The notes under the pieces are model-generated. The model saw nothing but the letters and a program-made list of their open reading frames with translations. It did no database searches and was not told the origin of the DNA. Below are positions 51,496-60,728 of a stretch of 64,000 nt of DNA, piece by piece. The position numbers were made by a program, and so were the translations under genes. Source of the stretch: an uncultured Opitutales bacterium. Its GTDB lineage: Bacteria > Verrucomicrobiota > Verrucomicrobiia > Opitutales > Intestinicryptomonadaceae. Each line of letters opens with the position of its first letter. Position 1 is the first letter of the stretch. The stretch is taken from positions 8,715-72,714 of the forward strand of contig CALXNZ010000009.1 of NCBI GenBank assembly GCA_944389885.1, given 5' to 3'.

Positions 51496-51648
51496 AGGTG
51501 AAATAAGTTAGCGGAAACTTTTAGTATTTCAACAATATTTTTAATTTTCCGGGGCAAAGCGATTTTTCAGAACTTTTATGTCGATTATTATTGAAAAGCT
51601 CCCCTTCCTCTCTTTAGGGTGTCGTGCAGATTTTTAATTACGAAAAAT

Positions 51649-53610
51649 ATGAGCGACAATTCAATTCTGCAAACCGCCGCAAACGAAGCCCGCGGATTGG
51701 CTATCGACGCAATCTCGGCCCGCGCATCGGGGCACCTCGGACTCCCTCTTGGTTGCGCGGAAATAGGAGCCGTGCTATTCGGCGAAATTCTGAAGTTTAA
51801 TCCCAAAAATCCATCGTGGCTCGACCGCGACAGATTTGTGCTCAGCGCCGGACACGGAAGCATGTTTATATACGCTTGGCTGCACATTTGCGGATACGAC
51901 CTCTCTTTGGAAGACATAAAAAACTTCCGCATACGCGGCTCTAAGACTCCCGGACATCCGGAATACGGCGTGACTCCGGGAGTGGAAGCCACAGCGGGCC
52001 CGCTCGGTCAAGGCGTGGGCAACGCGGTCGGAATGGCAATCTCAGAAAAAATGGCGGAGTCCCGTTTCAATTCCGATGCCGATAAAATTTTCGACCACAA
52101 AGTTTGGTGTCTCGCCGGCGACGGTTGCATGCAAGAGGGAATATCCCAAGAGGCGATAAGCCTGGCGGGAACCCTAAAATTGGACAATCTCATACTGATG
52201 TACGACTCCAACGACGTCACTTTGGACGCCATGGCGGCAAAGACAATGTCGGAAGACACCGGGGCGCGATTTAAGGCATGCGGATGGAGAGTGCTCAAGT
52301 GCGACGGCCACGATATTGACGCCGTGCGCAAGACCCTAAAGTCCGCGCGGCGCTCTGCGGACGGCAAGCCCACCCTTGTAATCTTCAAAACCACGATAGC
52401 CAAGGGGATTCCCGAAGTGGAAAATTCCGCAAAAGGACACGGCGAAGGCGGCGCAAAATTTGCCGATTCCGCCCGCAAAGCGCTCGGCCTGCCCGATGAA
52501 AAATTCTTTGTAAGCCCTCAAACACGGGAATTTTTTGCGGCCCGCGCAAAGAAATTGGCGCGCTTGAATAAGAAGTGGGATAAACTCTTTGCCGCATGGA
52601 AAGCTTCAAACCCGGGAAAAGCCGACGATCTCGAAGCCTGCCTGACGCGGAGGGGGACGGAATCGGCGGAAGCCGCAGCAGCCCTCGTGCCGGAATTTCC
52701 CGCCTCGGACGCCGCGACAAGAGCTTCGGGCGGCGCAGTGATGAATTTCCTCGCGAAAAAACTGCCTTTCATGGTGACAGGATCTGCGGACTTATTTGGC
52801 TCCACAAAAAATTATCTCAAAGATATGGGAGACTTTTCCGCCGACACCCCATCCGGGCGAAATATTTGGTTCGGAATCCGCGAACACGCAATGGGCGCAA
52901 TATCAAACGGCATAGCATACGACGGCATATTTTTGCCAAGTTGCGCAACATTCCTGACTTTTGCCGGATACATGATGGGATCCATAAGAATAGCCGCGCT
53001 GTCGAGGCTTCCCGTACAATACATATTCACGCACGACTCAATCGGAGTGGGAATGGACGGGCCCACGCACCAGCCCGTAGAGCTTGTTTCACAGCTGCGC
53101 AGCATGCCGCGCCTCGACGTCATACGCCCGGCGGACGCGGAAGAATGCGCCGCCGCTTGGGCTATGGCTCTGTCGAGAAAGGACGGACCCACAGCCCTGA
53201 TTTTGTCCCGCCAAAATCTTCCGGCGATAGCATCGCTATCGGCTTCCGAAAAGAGATCGGGAACCCTGCGCGGCGCATATGTAATCAGGCAGGAAAAATC
53301 GGAGTTGAATAAGATAATAATAGCAAGCGGCTCGGAAGTCTCCGTGGCGCTCAAAGCCGCAGAAGAAGAAAGCGGAACAAGAGTCGTATCTATGCCGTGC
53401 ATGGAAGTATTCGAGAGACAATCCCACGAATACAGGCAATCCGTCCTTCCGGATTACTGCCAGAACCGCATAGCCATTGAGGCGGGAGTCGGAGGGTTAT
53501 GGTACAAATACGCCAAGAAGATAGTATCCACCGACGACTTCGGATTCTCGGCGGATTCTCCCGAACTCTTTAAAGCTTTCAATATAACACCCGAAGCCCT
53601 TCGGGACTAA
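51649..53610 (+). CDS. tkt: transketolase
   Basis: SGHLG, LSAGHGS, GDGCMQEG, GIREHAM and DGPTHQP motifs. Confidence 0.95.
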   Translation: MSDNSILQTAANEARGLAIDAISARASGHLGLPLGCAEIGAVLFGEILKFNPKNPSWLDRDRFVLSAGHGSMFIYAWLHICGYDLSLEDIKNFRIRGSKTPGHPEYGVTPGVEATAGPLGQGVGNAVGMAISEKMAESRFNSDADKIFDHKVWCLAGDGCMQEGISQEAISLAGTLKLDNLILMYDSNDVTLDAMAAKTMSEDTGARFKACGWRVLKCDGHDIDAVRKTLKSARRSADGKPTLVIFKTTIAKGIPEVENSAKGHGEGGAKFADSARKALGLPDEKFFVSPQTREFFAARAKKLARLNKKWDKLFAAWKASNPGKADDLEACLTRRGTESAEAAAALVPEFPASDAATRASGGAVMNFLAKKLPFMVTGSADLFGSTKNYLKDMGDFSADTPSGRNIWFGIREHAMGAISNGIAYDGIFLPSCATFLTFAGYMMGSIRIAALSRLPVQYIFTHDSIGVGMDGPTHQPVELVSQLRSMPRLDVIRPADAEECAAAWAMALSRKDGPTALILSRQNLPAIASLSASEKRSGTLRGAYVIRQEKSELNKIIIASGSEVSVALKAAEEESGTRVVSMPCMEVFERQSHEYRQSVLPDYCQNRIAIEAGVGGLWYKYAKKIVSTDDFGFSADSPELFKAFNITPEALRD

Positions 53611-53615
53611 AAAAT

Positions 53616-53652
53616 AAAAAGCGGGCGGCATCTAACGTCGTCCGCTTTTTTT
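53616..53652 (+). terminator. intrinsic terminator of tkt
   Basis: aaaaagcgggcggc...gtcgtccgcttttttt. Confidence 0.7.
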
Positions 53653-53909
53653 GCGCCCTAAGCCTGGAATTAAAAACATATCGAGAATACCGGGCATTAC
53701 ATAAAGTCGAACCTTCAATATTTACTTTAAGGACTTAATTATCAACCGAACATTATTTTAGTATCCTAACCTAAACGTAAAAAAAGCTTGCATTTCCCAA
53801 ACATAAATGCGAGTGTTTCTAAGTAATTGAATTATCTAATAATCTATCTTGATTACTTCTAAGGGAAAATTATTTGATGATTCGATTAAAAACCAAACAA
53901 ACTATATAT

Positions 53910-55202
53910 ATGAAAAAAATCATAATTAGCTTACTCATTGCAGGCGCAGCTATCGCGGCTAATGCTCAGGACAAAGCTCTTCTTGAAACTCTCGTAAAGA
54001 AGGGTATGCTCACTCAGCAGGAAGCCGCCCAGATTGCAAAAGAATCTGTGGCTGTGACCCCCTGCACCAAAACGACCAAGTCCATAAAACTCTTCGGCGG
54101 TGGCCGTGGATATTATGAATGGTCCCAGGCGAGCGTTCGCAATCCTTCAGACGCTCCCTCGCAAGCTCAGAAAAGCGGTTTCGAGCTCAAACACATTAAG
54201 CTCGGCGTAAAAGCCGACGTTGGTGCAGGTTGGAGCGCTACCGTTATTACTGACTTCGGAACCGAAGGCGCTGACCTCAATTATATAGACAAGGCTGTTG
54301 CTTCCAAGAAAATCGACCTCGACTATATAAACGGTACTCTCGAATTTGGTCTCCGCAAAGTTAACATGGGTTATGAACAAACCACATGCGATTTCGGACT
54401 CCTAACAATAGACCGTTCGGTTGCAACATACTTCTTTACCCGCGGCAATGCTTACGACGATGTGGAAAGAAACTTCGGCAGCCGTACTACCGGCGTATTC
54501 TGGGACGGAAACATCACACAAGTTGACGGCCTCTACTACGGAGTTTCCGTGGTTTCCGGAACTGCACAAGTTGACAATGCTGTAAACGACCTCATCAGCG
54601 GAGTGTCCGACAGCAACAGCTTGAGCTTCTTCGTAAACGCTGGTTACAAGAATGTCGCCGACGTAAAGGGTGAAACAATCAGCTATGATGCCGGAATCAA
54701 CTTCGGCTATGCCCCACGCGGAGCTAAAGCATTTAACGGTCAAGAAGGCAGCATATGGGGCATCAATCCCTACGCAACCCTCAACTGGCGCGGACTCACC
54801 ACCATTGCTGAGTTCTTCTTCCAGCAGGTTGAAGACTATGCCAACAACGACGGCATAACCCGTTCACCGCTCGGCGCCAACCTCACAGTTGCCTACAAAA
54901 TGGATATCGGCGAATGGGGCGCCATCGAACCCGTTGCCCGCTTCTCCTTCATAGCTTCCAACGGACTCGGCGTGTCGCCTCTCTCGCAGCGTTATGATGA
55001 TATTAACTTGTATGATGAAAACTATGCCTTTGACAATGCCATGACAGTATTTGCTGGCGTCAACTGGTACATCACTCCGGCTATCAAGACATCTCTCGGC
55101 TACGAGTACGGCTACTACTATGATAGCGTAAATAACTCCGATAATAAGGGTTATCGCGCATACGACAACACTATCCGTGCGCAAGTACAAGTGTTGTTCT
55201 AA
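53910..55202 (+). CDS. outer-membrane porin (OprO/P-like)
   Basis: Signal peptide; LLETLVKKGMLT coiled segment; beta-barrel ending RAQVQVLF. Confidence 0.72.
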   Translation: MKKIIISLLIAGAAIAANAQDKALLETLVKKGMLTQQEAAQIAKESVAVTPCTKTTKSIKLFGGGRGYYEWSQASVRNPSDAPSQAQKSGFELKHIKLGVKADVGAGWSATVITDFGTEGADLNYIDKAVASKKIDLDYINGTLEFGLRKVNMGYEQTTCDFGLLTIDRSVATYFFTRGNAYDDVERNFGSRTTGVFWDGNITQVDGLYYGVSVVSGTAQVDNAVNDLISGVSDSNSLSFFVNAGYKNVADVKGETISYDAGINFGYAPRGAKAFNGQEGSIWGINPYATLNWRGLTTIAEFFFQQVEDYANNDGITRSPLGANLTVAYKMDIGEWGAIEPVARFSFIASNGLGVSPLSQRYDDINLYDENYAFDNAMTVFAGVNWYITPAIKTSLGYEYGYYYDSVNNSDNKGYRAYDNTIRAQVQVLF

Positions 55203-55231
55203 TTCAAATCATATTTGAAAGCACAAATACG

Positions 55232-55261
55232 GGGCGTCCAATTATGGACGCCCTTATTTTT
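55232..55261 (+). terminator. terminator of the porin gene
   Basis: gggcgtcca-atta-tggacgccc followed by T-run. Confidence 0.75.
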
Positions 55262-55346
55262 ATGCCACTTCCCCTGACATAGCATAATTTTACCGCACCG
55301 ATTACTTCATTTGCGTCATTAAATAATCCTCGACAATCCAAGCCGC

Positions 55347-55378
55347 AAAAAAGCGGGATTGGCAATTGCCAATCCCGC
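55347..55378 (-). terminator. terminator of fba (26-bp perfect palindrome)
   Basis: gcgggattggcaattgccaatcccgc with T-run on the minus strand. Confidence 0.75.
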
Positions 55379-55406
55379 CAAGTTATAAAAGCTGTTTAGT
55401 TGTCGA

Positions 55407-56399
55407 TTAAGCCTTGCCCGCAGAACCGAGCACGTTAACAACTTTGTGCATATAAAGCTTCTTGAGCTCTTCGCGAGCCGGACCGAGATACTTGCGCGGA
55501 TCGAACTCGGCAGGCTTTGTAGCGAACACTTCGCGTACTGCGGCCGTCATTGCAAGCCTTCCGTCGGAATCGATATTTATCTTGCAAACCGCAGATTCGG
55601 CAGCCTTGCGGAGTTGCTCTTCGGGAATGCCGACAGCAGCTTCAAGCTTTCCGCCGTATTTATTGATTATATCAACATACTTCTGCGGAACAGATGAAGA
55701 TCCATGTAGAACTATCGGGAATCCCGGAATGCGTTTCTCGATTTCTTCAAGGATGTCGAAGCGCAAGGGCGGCGGAACAAGCCTGCCATTTTCGTCGAGA
55801 GTGCATTGTTCGGGCTTAAACTTGTAAGCGCCATGGGAAGTTCCTATGGAGATTGCGAGAGAATCGACCCCTGTCTTGCTCACGAAATCCTCAACCTCTT
55901 CCGGGCGGGTATATGAATGGGTTTCATGGGAGACTTCGTCTTCAATTCCCGCGAGAACGCCAAGCTCGCCCTCGACTGTGACGTCATACTTATGGGCGTA
56001 CTCGACAACCTTGGCGGTGAGTTCAACGTTTTCGTCATAGGGATGCGCGGATCCGTCTATCATAACCGACGAGAATCCGTACTCTATGCAGGATTTGCAG
56101 AGCTCGAAGGAATCGCCGTGGTCGAGATGCAAAACTATCGGGATTGAGTATCCGAGTTCTTTTGCATATTCGCATGCCCCTTGAGCCATATAGCGCAATA
56201 TAGTCTGATTGGCGTACTTGCGCGCACCGCTCGACACCTGAAGGATTACGGGCGATTTTTGTTCAACGCAAGCCTGTATTATGGCCTGCATTTGTTCCAT
56301 ATTGTTAAAGTTAAACGCGGGAACGGCATATTTGCCGGCTATAGCCTTCTTGAAGAGTTCGCGCGAATTAACCAGACCAATTTCTTTATAGGATACCAT
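55407..56399 (-). CDS. fba: class II fructose-bisphosphate aldolase
   Basis: HLDHG, MIDGS, EGELG, GTSHGAYK, LHGSS and KINIDSD motifs. Confidence 0.95.
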   Translation of the reverse strand: MVSYKEIGLVNSRELFKKAIAGKYAVPAFNFNNMEQMQAIIQACVEQKSPVILQVSSGARKYANQTILRYMAQGACEYAKELGYSIPIVLHLDHGDSFELCKSCIEYGFSSVMIDGSAHPYDENVELTAKVVEYAHKYDVTVEGELGVLAGIEDEVSHETHSYTRPEEVEDFVSKTGVDSLAISIGTSHGAYKFKPEQCTLDENGRLVPPPLRFDILEEIEKRIPGFPIVLHGSSSVPQKYVDIINKYGGKLEAAVGIPEEQLRKAAESAVCKINIDSDGRLAMTAAVREVFATKPAEFDPRKYLGPAREELKKLYMHKVVNVLGSAGKA

Positions 56400-56566
56400 A
56401 GTCGTCTTTATTTTCGGTTGAAGTCTTTATATAGAATACAGGAACTCGAGAATTACAATCTTTTTTATCCGCCGGAAATTACAGGGCGGTTTGGACGTAA
56501 ACACACAGCCGAAAGAAATCCGAAAAAGTCTTGAAAGCCTCAAAAATGAAACTTTACTCGAGCTCT

Positions 56567-57055
56567 ATGGAAAAACCTCTCGTAAGCATAGTATTGGGAA
56601 GCGCCAGCGATTGGGATACAATGAAGCATTGTGCCGATACGCTCGAAAAATTCGGAGTGCCATACGAAAAAAACATAGCCTCCGCCCATAGAACGCCCGC
56701 CAAAGCCGCCGAAATTGCATCTACAGCCCGCGAGCGCGGAGTAAAAGTCATAATAGCCGCCGCGGGAGGAGCCGCGCACCTTGCCGGAGCAATGGCGGCA
56801 AATTCGCCACTCCCGATAATAGGAGTTCCCATGAAAGGCTGGGCCACCGACGGAATGGACTCCCTTCTCTCCACAGTGCAAATGCCGCGCGGAGTCCCCG
56901 TCTTGACTGTTGCAATAGGCAAAGCCGGCGCGGTAAACGCCGCGGTGGCCGCCCTTCAAATACTGGCGCTATCGGACAATTTATTTAGAGCCGCAATAGA
57001 CGAATTTCGTCAGAAGCAAACCCAGGACGCCCTCGACGCGAAATTTCCTGAATAA
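56567..57055 (+). CDS. purE: N5-CAIR mutase
   Basis: GSASD, SAHRTP, AAGGAAHL and VQMPRGVPV motifs. Confidence 0.95.
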   Translation: MEKPLVSIVLGSASDWDTMKHCADTLEKFGVPYEKNIASAHRTPAKAAEIASTARERGVKVIIAAAGGAAHLAGAMAANSPLPIIGVPMKGWATDGMDSLLSTVQMPRGVPVLTVAIGKAGAVNAAVAALQILALSDNLFRAAIDEFRQKQTQDALDAKFPE

Positions 57056-57058
57056 TAT

Positions 57059-57883
57059 ATGCCGGACGACAAGTCCAATATGATAGGATTCGCCGCGGAC
57101 GAATTGTCCGCGCGCCCTTTGAGAATCCCATTGCCGGAATACCGCAAAGGCGAATGGGCAGTTCTTGCAAAGCCTCCAAATATTCTTTTCGATGCGTATC
57201 TTGGCGCCCCTAAAGTCCGTTCCATAATATCCGCCATTCGCGCAAGACTCGACAAACCCGAATATAAAAGGCTCGAATTATCCGTCCCCTTTGCGGTGAA
57301 TCAAATAGACTTTGAGATATCCGGAGGAGCACTCATGGCTATGTGCGAAGATTCGAGAATGAAACTTCGCAACGCCCTCGGCTCCGACGCATTTAAGTTT
57401 TCATATATCTTATTATGCCGCGCCAATCCGGAGGGCCCCCGCGAAACTTTTGAAACGGAGCTGCCAATGTGGAAACCGGACGGAGAAAAAATTTGGGCTG
57501 TATCGCATCGCAGGGGCAAAAAAGCTTCGACGCTCTTTGAGCCCATAGAAAAATCCGGAGAATGGCAAATTTGGAGGGCGTTCACCACTATGCCGCGCCC
57601 CCACCAAATAAGGCTCCACGCCGCAGAGCGCGGCCTCTTAATATCCGGGGAGAGCCTATACGCAAATATAGACGTGCCGCGCGTTTCAATTCCCAAAGAC
57701 AAAATGAAAAAAAAGCTCCTTGAAGCTAAAGATAAATCCCCCGCCCTATGGGAATACATCGGCCTGCACCTATACTCCATAAAGTGCGAAAGTTTAGGAA
57801 TCAGCGCAACAATTCCGCTTCCCGATAAGTTTTCGACGGCTATCGCAAGGCTGGGATTCCAAGCTGTCCCGTTTAATCTATAA
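57059..57883 (+). CDS. divergent RluA-family pseudouridine synthase-like protein
   Basis: AKP, NQIDFEISG (cf. HRLDxxTSG), HQIRLH and GESLY motifs. Confidence 0.7.
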   Translation: MPDDKSNMIGFAADELSARPLRIPLPEYRKGEWAVLAKPPNILFDAYLGAPKVRSIISAIRARLDKPEYKRLELSVPFAVNQIDFEISGGALMAMCEDSRMKLRNALGSDAFKFSYILLCRANPEGPRETFETELPMWKPDGEKIWAVSHRRGKKASTLFEPIEKSGEWQIWRAFTTMPRPHQIRLHAAERGLLISGESLYANIDVPRVSIPKDKMKKKLLEAKDKSPALWEYIGLHLYSIKCESLGISATIPLPDKFSTAIARLGFQAVPFNL

Positions 57884-57888
57884 TGCGC

Positions 57889-59448
57889 CTACAAGAAAAA
57901 TAGGCAGGCCGAAATAATCGCGGTAGGCAGGGCGGCTCCAAGAAAAAGCCAAAGCGGAGAGACTCCTCCCTTAAAGAACCGCTTTAAAACAGCAATACCG
58001 GCGGGATTTGGAGCGTTCGCTATAACGGTAAGCCCTCCTCCCGCTACGGCTCCGGCCACCACCATATATTTCATAGAATCGCTGAAATCCGGAACTAAAG
58101 ACGCCAGATAGGTTATGGCGGCGTTGTCGTTAAACGCCGTAAGGAACACGGATATTCCAAAGAGCGAATTTGCGCCCATAGCCATCAACACCGGCTCAAT
58201 CCACCAAGCTTGAAGTCCGCCGTGTATTACCAGGGCGGATAAAAACATTCCCACAAGTATTGGGGATTTTAAGCCCATTCCATCATACTGGTATTTTTTA
58301 GTGAGCTCCATAAAGCCCAAGAAGAAGAAAAATGCCACTAAAAACAATACGGGTTGATGCAGACATATTACCGCAAATGTCAAAAAGCAGAGGTGCACAA
58401 CCACTATGGAAATAGGAATATGGCGCCCGCTTTCAGGCGATATATGAGCCTTGCCAAGAGTCCCCATGCGCTTCAATTCCTTTCTGAAAATTATAAAATA
58501 AGCCCCTACGCTTGCAAATATTCCCAGAGCCGCCTTCCAGCCGAAGTTCTCAAACATAAAAGCCATATCCCACTCCCAAGCCTTAACCACCATTAAAACC
58601 GGCGGCGCCGAAAAATGCGTAAGAGTTCCCCCCGCGGATACCGCAGCCAAAAGCAAACCAAGCGTTGCATAACAAAACTTCTTCGACGGATTGAGGGAAT
58701 AAAAACGAGCCCCTAAAAGCGACGCACATATCGTTATCGCCGCAGGCTCCGTCACAAAAGAACCCAACAATGGCCCTATGCACAATATGGCAATCCACCA
58801 CGAAGCGACTCCCCCGCCTATGGCTTTTGAAAACAATCCGACAAATCCCGCAGATGCGTGTATGACAGGCCGCGTTCCCGCCATGCACATAACCACTATG
58901 ACAAAAACGGGTTCCACGAACTTCCGCTGGTCGAACATCAGCGAATTCAAATACGCCCCCAAATCCTGCCAGCCGAAGCACGCCCAAAAACCAATAAAGA
59001 GCGGCACCAGCCAAAATCCAAAAATCAATTCAACCTCTCCCAACATATGGAAAAGCCCCGACATGAAAAAGGAAAAATCCCGCCTGCTTTCGGATATGGA
59101 CTCTCCCCTGCCCAAATGTTCGCGGAGACGGAGCTTGAGTTTTTCGGACAGCTTCACGAAATACCTGTGGGCAAAAGTATGCAGTATTGCCAAAATGAAC
59201 ACTGCGCTCGCAAATAGATTGAAAGGCTGCTCCCTTATTCTCGACAAAAGGGTGGCACATACACCGTCGGCCCTCTCGTAAGCCGAGAGAGGCGGAGGAT
59301 AGGAGAGAACATCTGCCCTCTCCATCGAATATTCGATTTTTGCGGCCGCGCCGGAATCGAGCGCAAAAACGTCGGAACCCGCCAAAAGGAAGACAATCAA
59401 CAATAGAAATCTTGCGCACATCGCATAGGACGGACTTTTCAGTTCCAT
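57889..59448 (-). CDS. putative Na+/H+ antiporter family membrane protein
   Basis: LGEVE..FG, ITEPAA(IT), LTAFNDNAA and GGGLTVIANAPNPAG motifs. Confidence 0.78.
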   Translation of the reverse strand: MELKSPSYAMCARFLLLIVFLLAGSDVFALDSGAAAKIEYSMERADVLSYPPPLSAYERADGVCATLLSRIREQPFNLFASAVFILAILHTFAHRYFVKLSEKLKLRLREHLGRGESISESRRDFSFFMSGLFHMLGEVELIFGFWLVPLFIGFWACFGWQDLGAYLNSLMFDQRKFVEPVFVIVVMCMAGTRPVIHASAGFVGLFSKAIGGGVASWWIAILCIGPLLGSFVTEPAAITICASLLGARFYSLNPSKKFCYATLGLLLAAVSAGGTLTHFSAPPVLMVVKAWEWDMAFMFENFGWKAALGIFASVGAYFIIFRKELKRMGTLGKAHISPESGRHIPISIVVVHLCFLTFAVICLHQPVLFLVAFFFFLGFMELTKKYQYDGMGLKSPILVGMFLSALVIHGGLQAWWIEPVLMAMGANSLFGISVFLTAFNDNAAITYLASLVPDFSDSMKYMVVAGAVAGGGLTVIANAPNPAGIAVLKRFFKGGVSPLWLFLGAALPTAIISACLFFL

Positions 59449-59473
59449 GTTCCGTATTTCTCCCTAACTATTT

Positions 59474-59499
59474 ATAATATGCAGTACATGTAATTTCAA
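59474..59499 (-). promoter_or_regulatory. promoter TTGAAA-N14-TATTAT
   Basis: Upstream of SD AGGGAG and the antiporter ATG. Confidence 0.5.
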
Positions 59500-59555
59500 G
59501 CATGCATCATATAGTATATGTATAAAACATAAAAAATGCCGAATATCCGGCATTT

Positions 59556-59927
59556 TTATTCCGATTTAAGTAAATTCTCGAAGAAATCACCGATTTTGCA
59601 ATCATCATCTGGAATGTACAAGAACGCGTAGCAGCGGTCGCACACGCCTATGTTTTTAGCCTTTTCAAGATAGTCGAGTTCGTCCTTGGGCACGGGAGTT
59701 CCGCAAAAAGAGCATTTGCCGTTTTCTATAGCGGCTATTCCGCGCCCGCCGGAAGCCTCGAGCCTGTCGAAGTGCGATAGCGCAAATGGAGGAACGCGCC
59801 GCCGGTTTTCAAGAATAAAGTCGCGCAACTTTTGTATGTCGTCGGCGGACATTCCCTTGTTGTTTGTGAGGCGTTCTGCTTGGCGTATTTTTATAAGACG
59901 CAAGATAATATCGCGCGTTTCTTTCAT
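59556..59927 (-). CDS. small protein with C4 zinc ribbon
   Basis: Coiled N-terminus, then A.IENGKCSFC...CDRC; second ATG preferred. Confidence 0.7.
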   Translation of the reverse strand: MKETRDIILRLIKIRQAERLTNNKGMSADDIQKLRDFILENRRRVPPFALSHFDRLEASGGRGIAAIENGKCSFCGTPVPKDELDYLEKAKNIGVCDRCYAFLYIPDDDCKIGDFFENLLKSE

Positions 59928-59942
59928 AATATGCCGCATATA

Positions 59943-59968
59943 ACAATATGGAAGTTTAACCTTGTCAA
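59943..59968 (-). promoter_or_regulatory. promoter TTGACA-N14-TATTGT
   Basis: Immediately upstream of the zinc-ribbon gene. Confidence 0.5.
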
Positions 59969-60029
59969 GCTTAGGAATATCTCAGGACGATAAAACTTCA
60001 CAGCATGCGCGATAAGAGAATCGAGCTAC

Positions 60030-60060
60030 AAAAAAGGCGATCCGACAATCGGAATCGCCC
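60030..60060 (-). terminator. terminator of the HU gene
   Basis: ggcgat-ccga/tcgg-aatcgcc with T-run on the minus strand. Confidence 0.65.
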
Positions 60061-60085
60061 CTTGAAAAATAAATCCGAACTAATC

Positions 60086-60358
60086 TTATTTCGCTTTGAA
60101 ATCGGAGCCGGCTTTGAACTTGATGGCCTTGGAAGCCTTAATCTTAATCTTTTCCTTGGTCTGGGGGTTGATGCCGGTACGAGCCTTGCGTTCCACCACG
60201 GAGAAGGTTCCGAAGCCGATGAGCTGAAGCTTCTTCTGCTTCTTTACGCCCGCCTTGATGGCGTCGAGAACGGCATTCAGAGCGCGTTCAGCGCAAGCTT
60301 TGGTAGCTTCCTTGCCGAGGAGTTTTTGTATTTCTACGATGAGTTCTGCTTTATTCAT
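60086..60358 (-). CDS. hup: HU DNA-binding protein
   Basis: MNKAELI, GFGTF, RTGINPQT and FKAGS motifs. Confidence 0.95.
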   Translation of the reverse strand: MNKAELIVEIQKLLGKEATKACAERALNAVLDAIKAGVKKQKKLQLIGFGTFSVVERKARTGINPQTKEKIKIKASKAIKFKAGSDFKAK

Positions 60359-60728
60359 AGTTTTTTATTTTTTGTTTGTTTGAGACAAAATCTACACGTT
60401 GCTGTAGAAAATAAAAAGGGGAACCCCCAGCCAGCGTCGTTAATATTGTGCCGCGCAAAATCATGCAGTTTGCGACCAAAAAATCGAACCCGTCTGCGCG
60501 ACAAAATCAACTTCGTTTGTTAAAGAGCCCTCTTATTTGTTCTAAACGTTAGACATATAAAGGTAGAGGTCAACATAAAATTTAAAAAAATTTTCCGCAA
60601 ACTCGCACCCGCAAAGGCTTGGAGGGGATTTGGCAAATGGAACAAAAATTGAACTTACAAAATTGTTCAATAACTACCGTACTAAAAATATTAGGAAACG
60701 CCCGAGCTCAAAAACGCAAAAATTCCGG

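Noticed and set aside
60086-60358. HU as part of the phage cassette (Mu transposition uses HU)
   Set aside because: It looks like an ordinary host hup with its own upstream region and terminator; adjacency alone is not evidence.
60359-60728. Mu-type ends, att sites or a portal remnant after TerL
   Set aside because: No recognisable repeated transposase-binding sites or portal-like ORF; the weak gaacaa/ttgttc symmetry is unconvincing.
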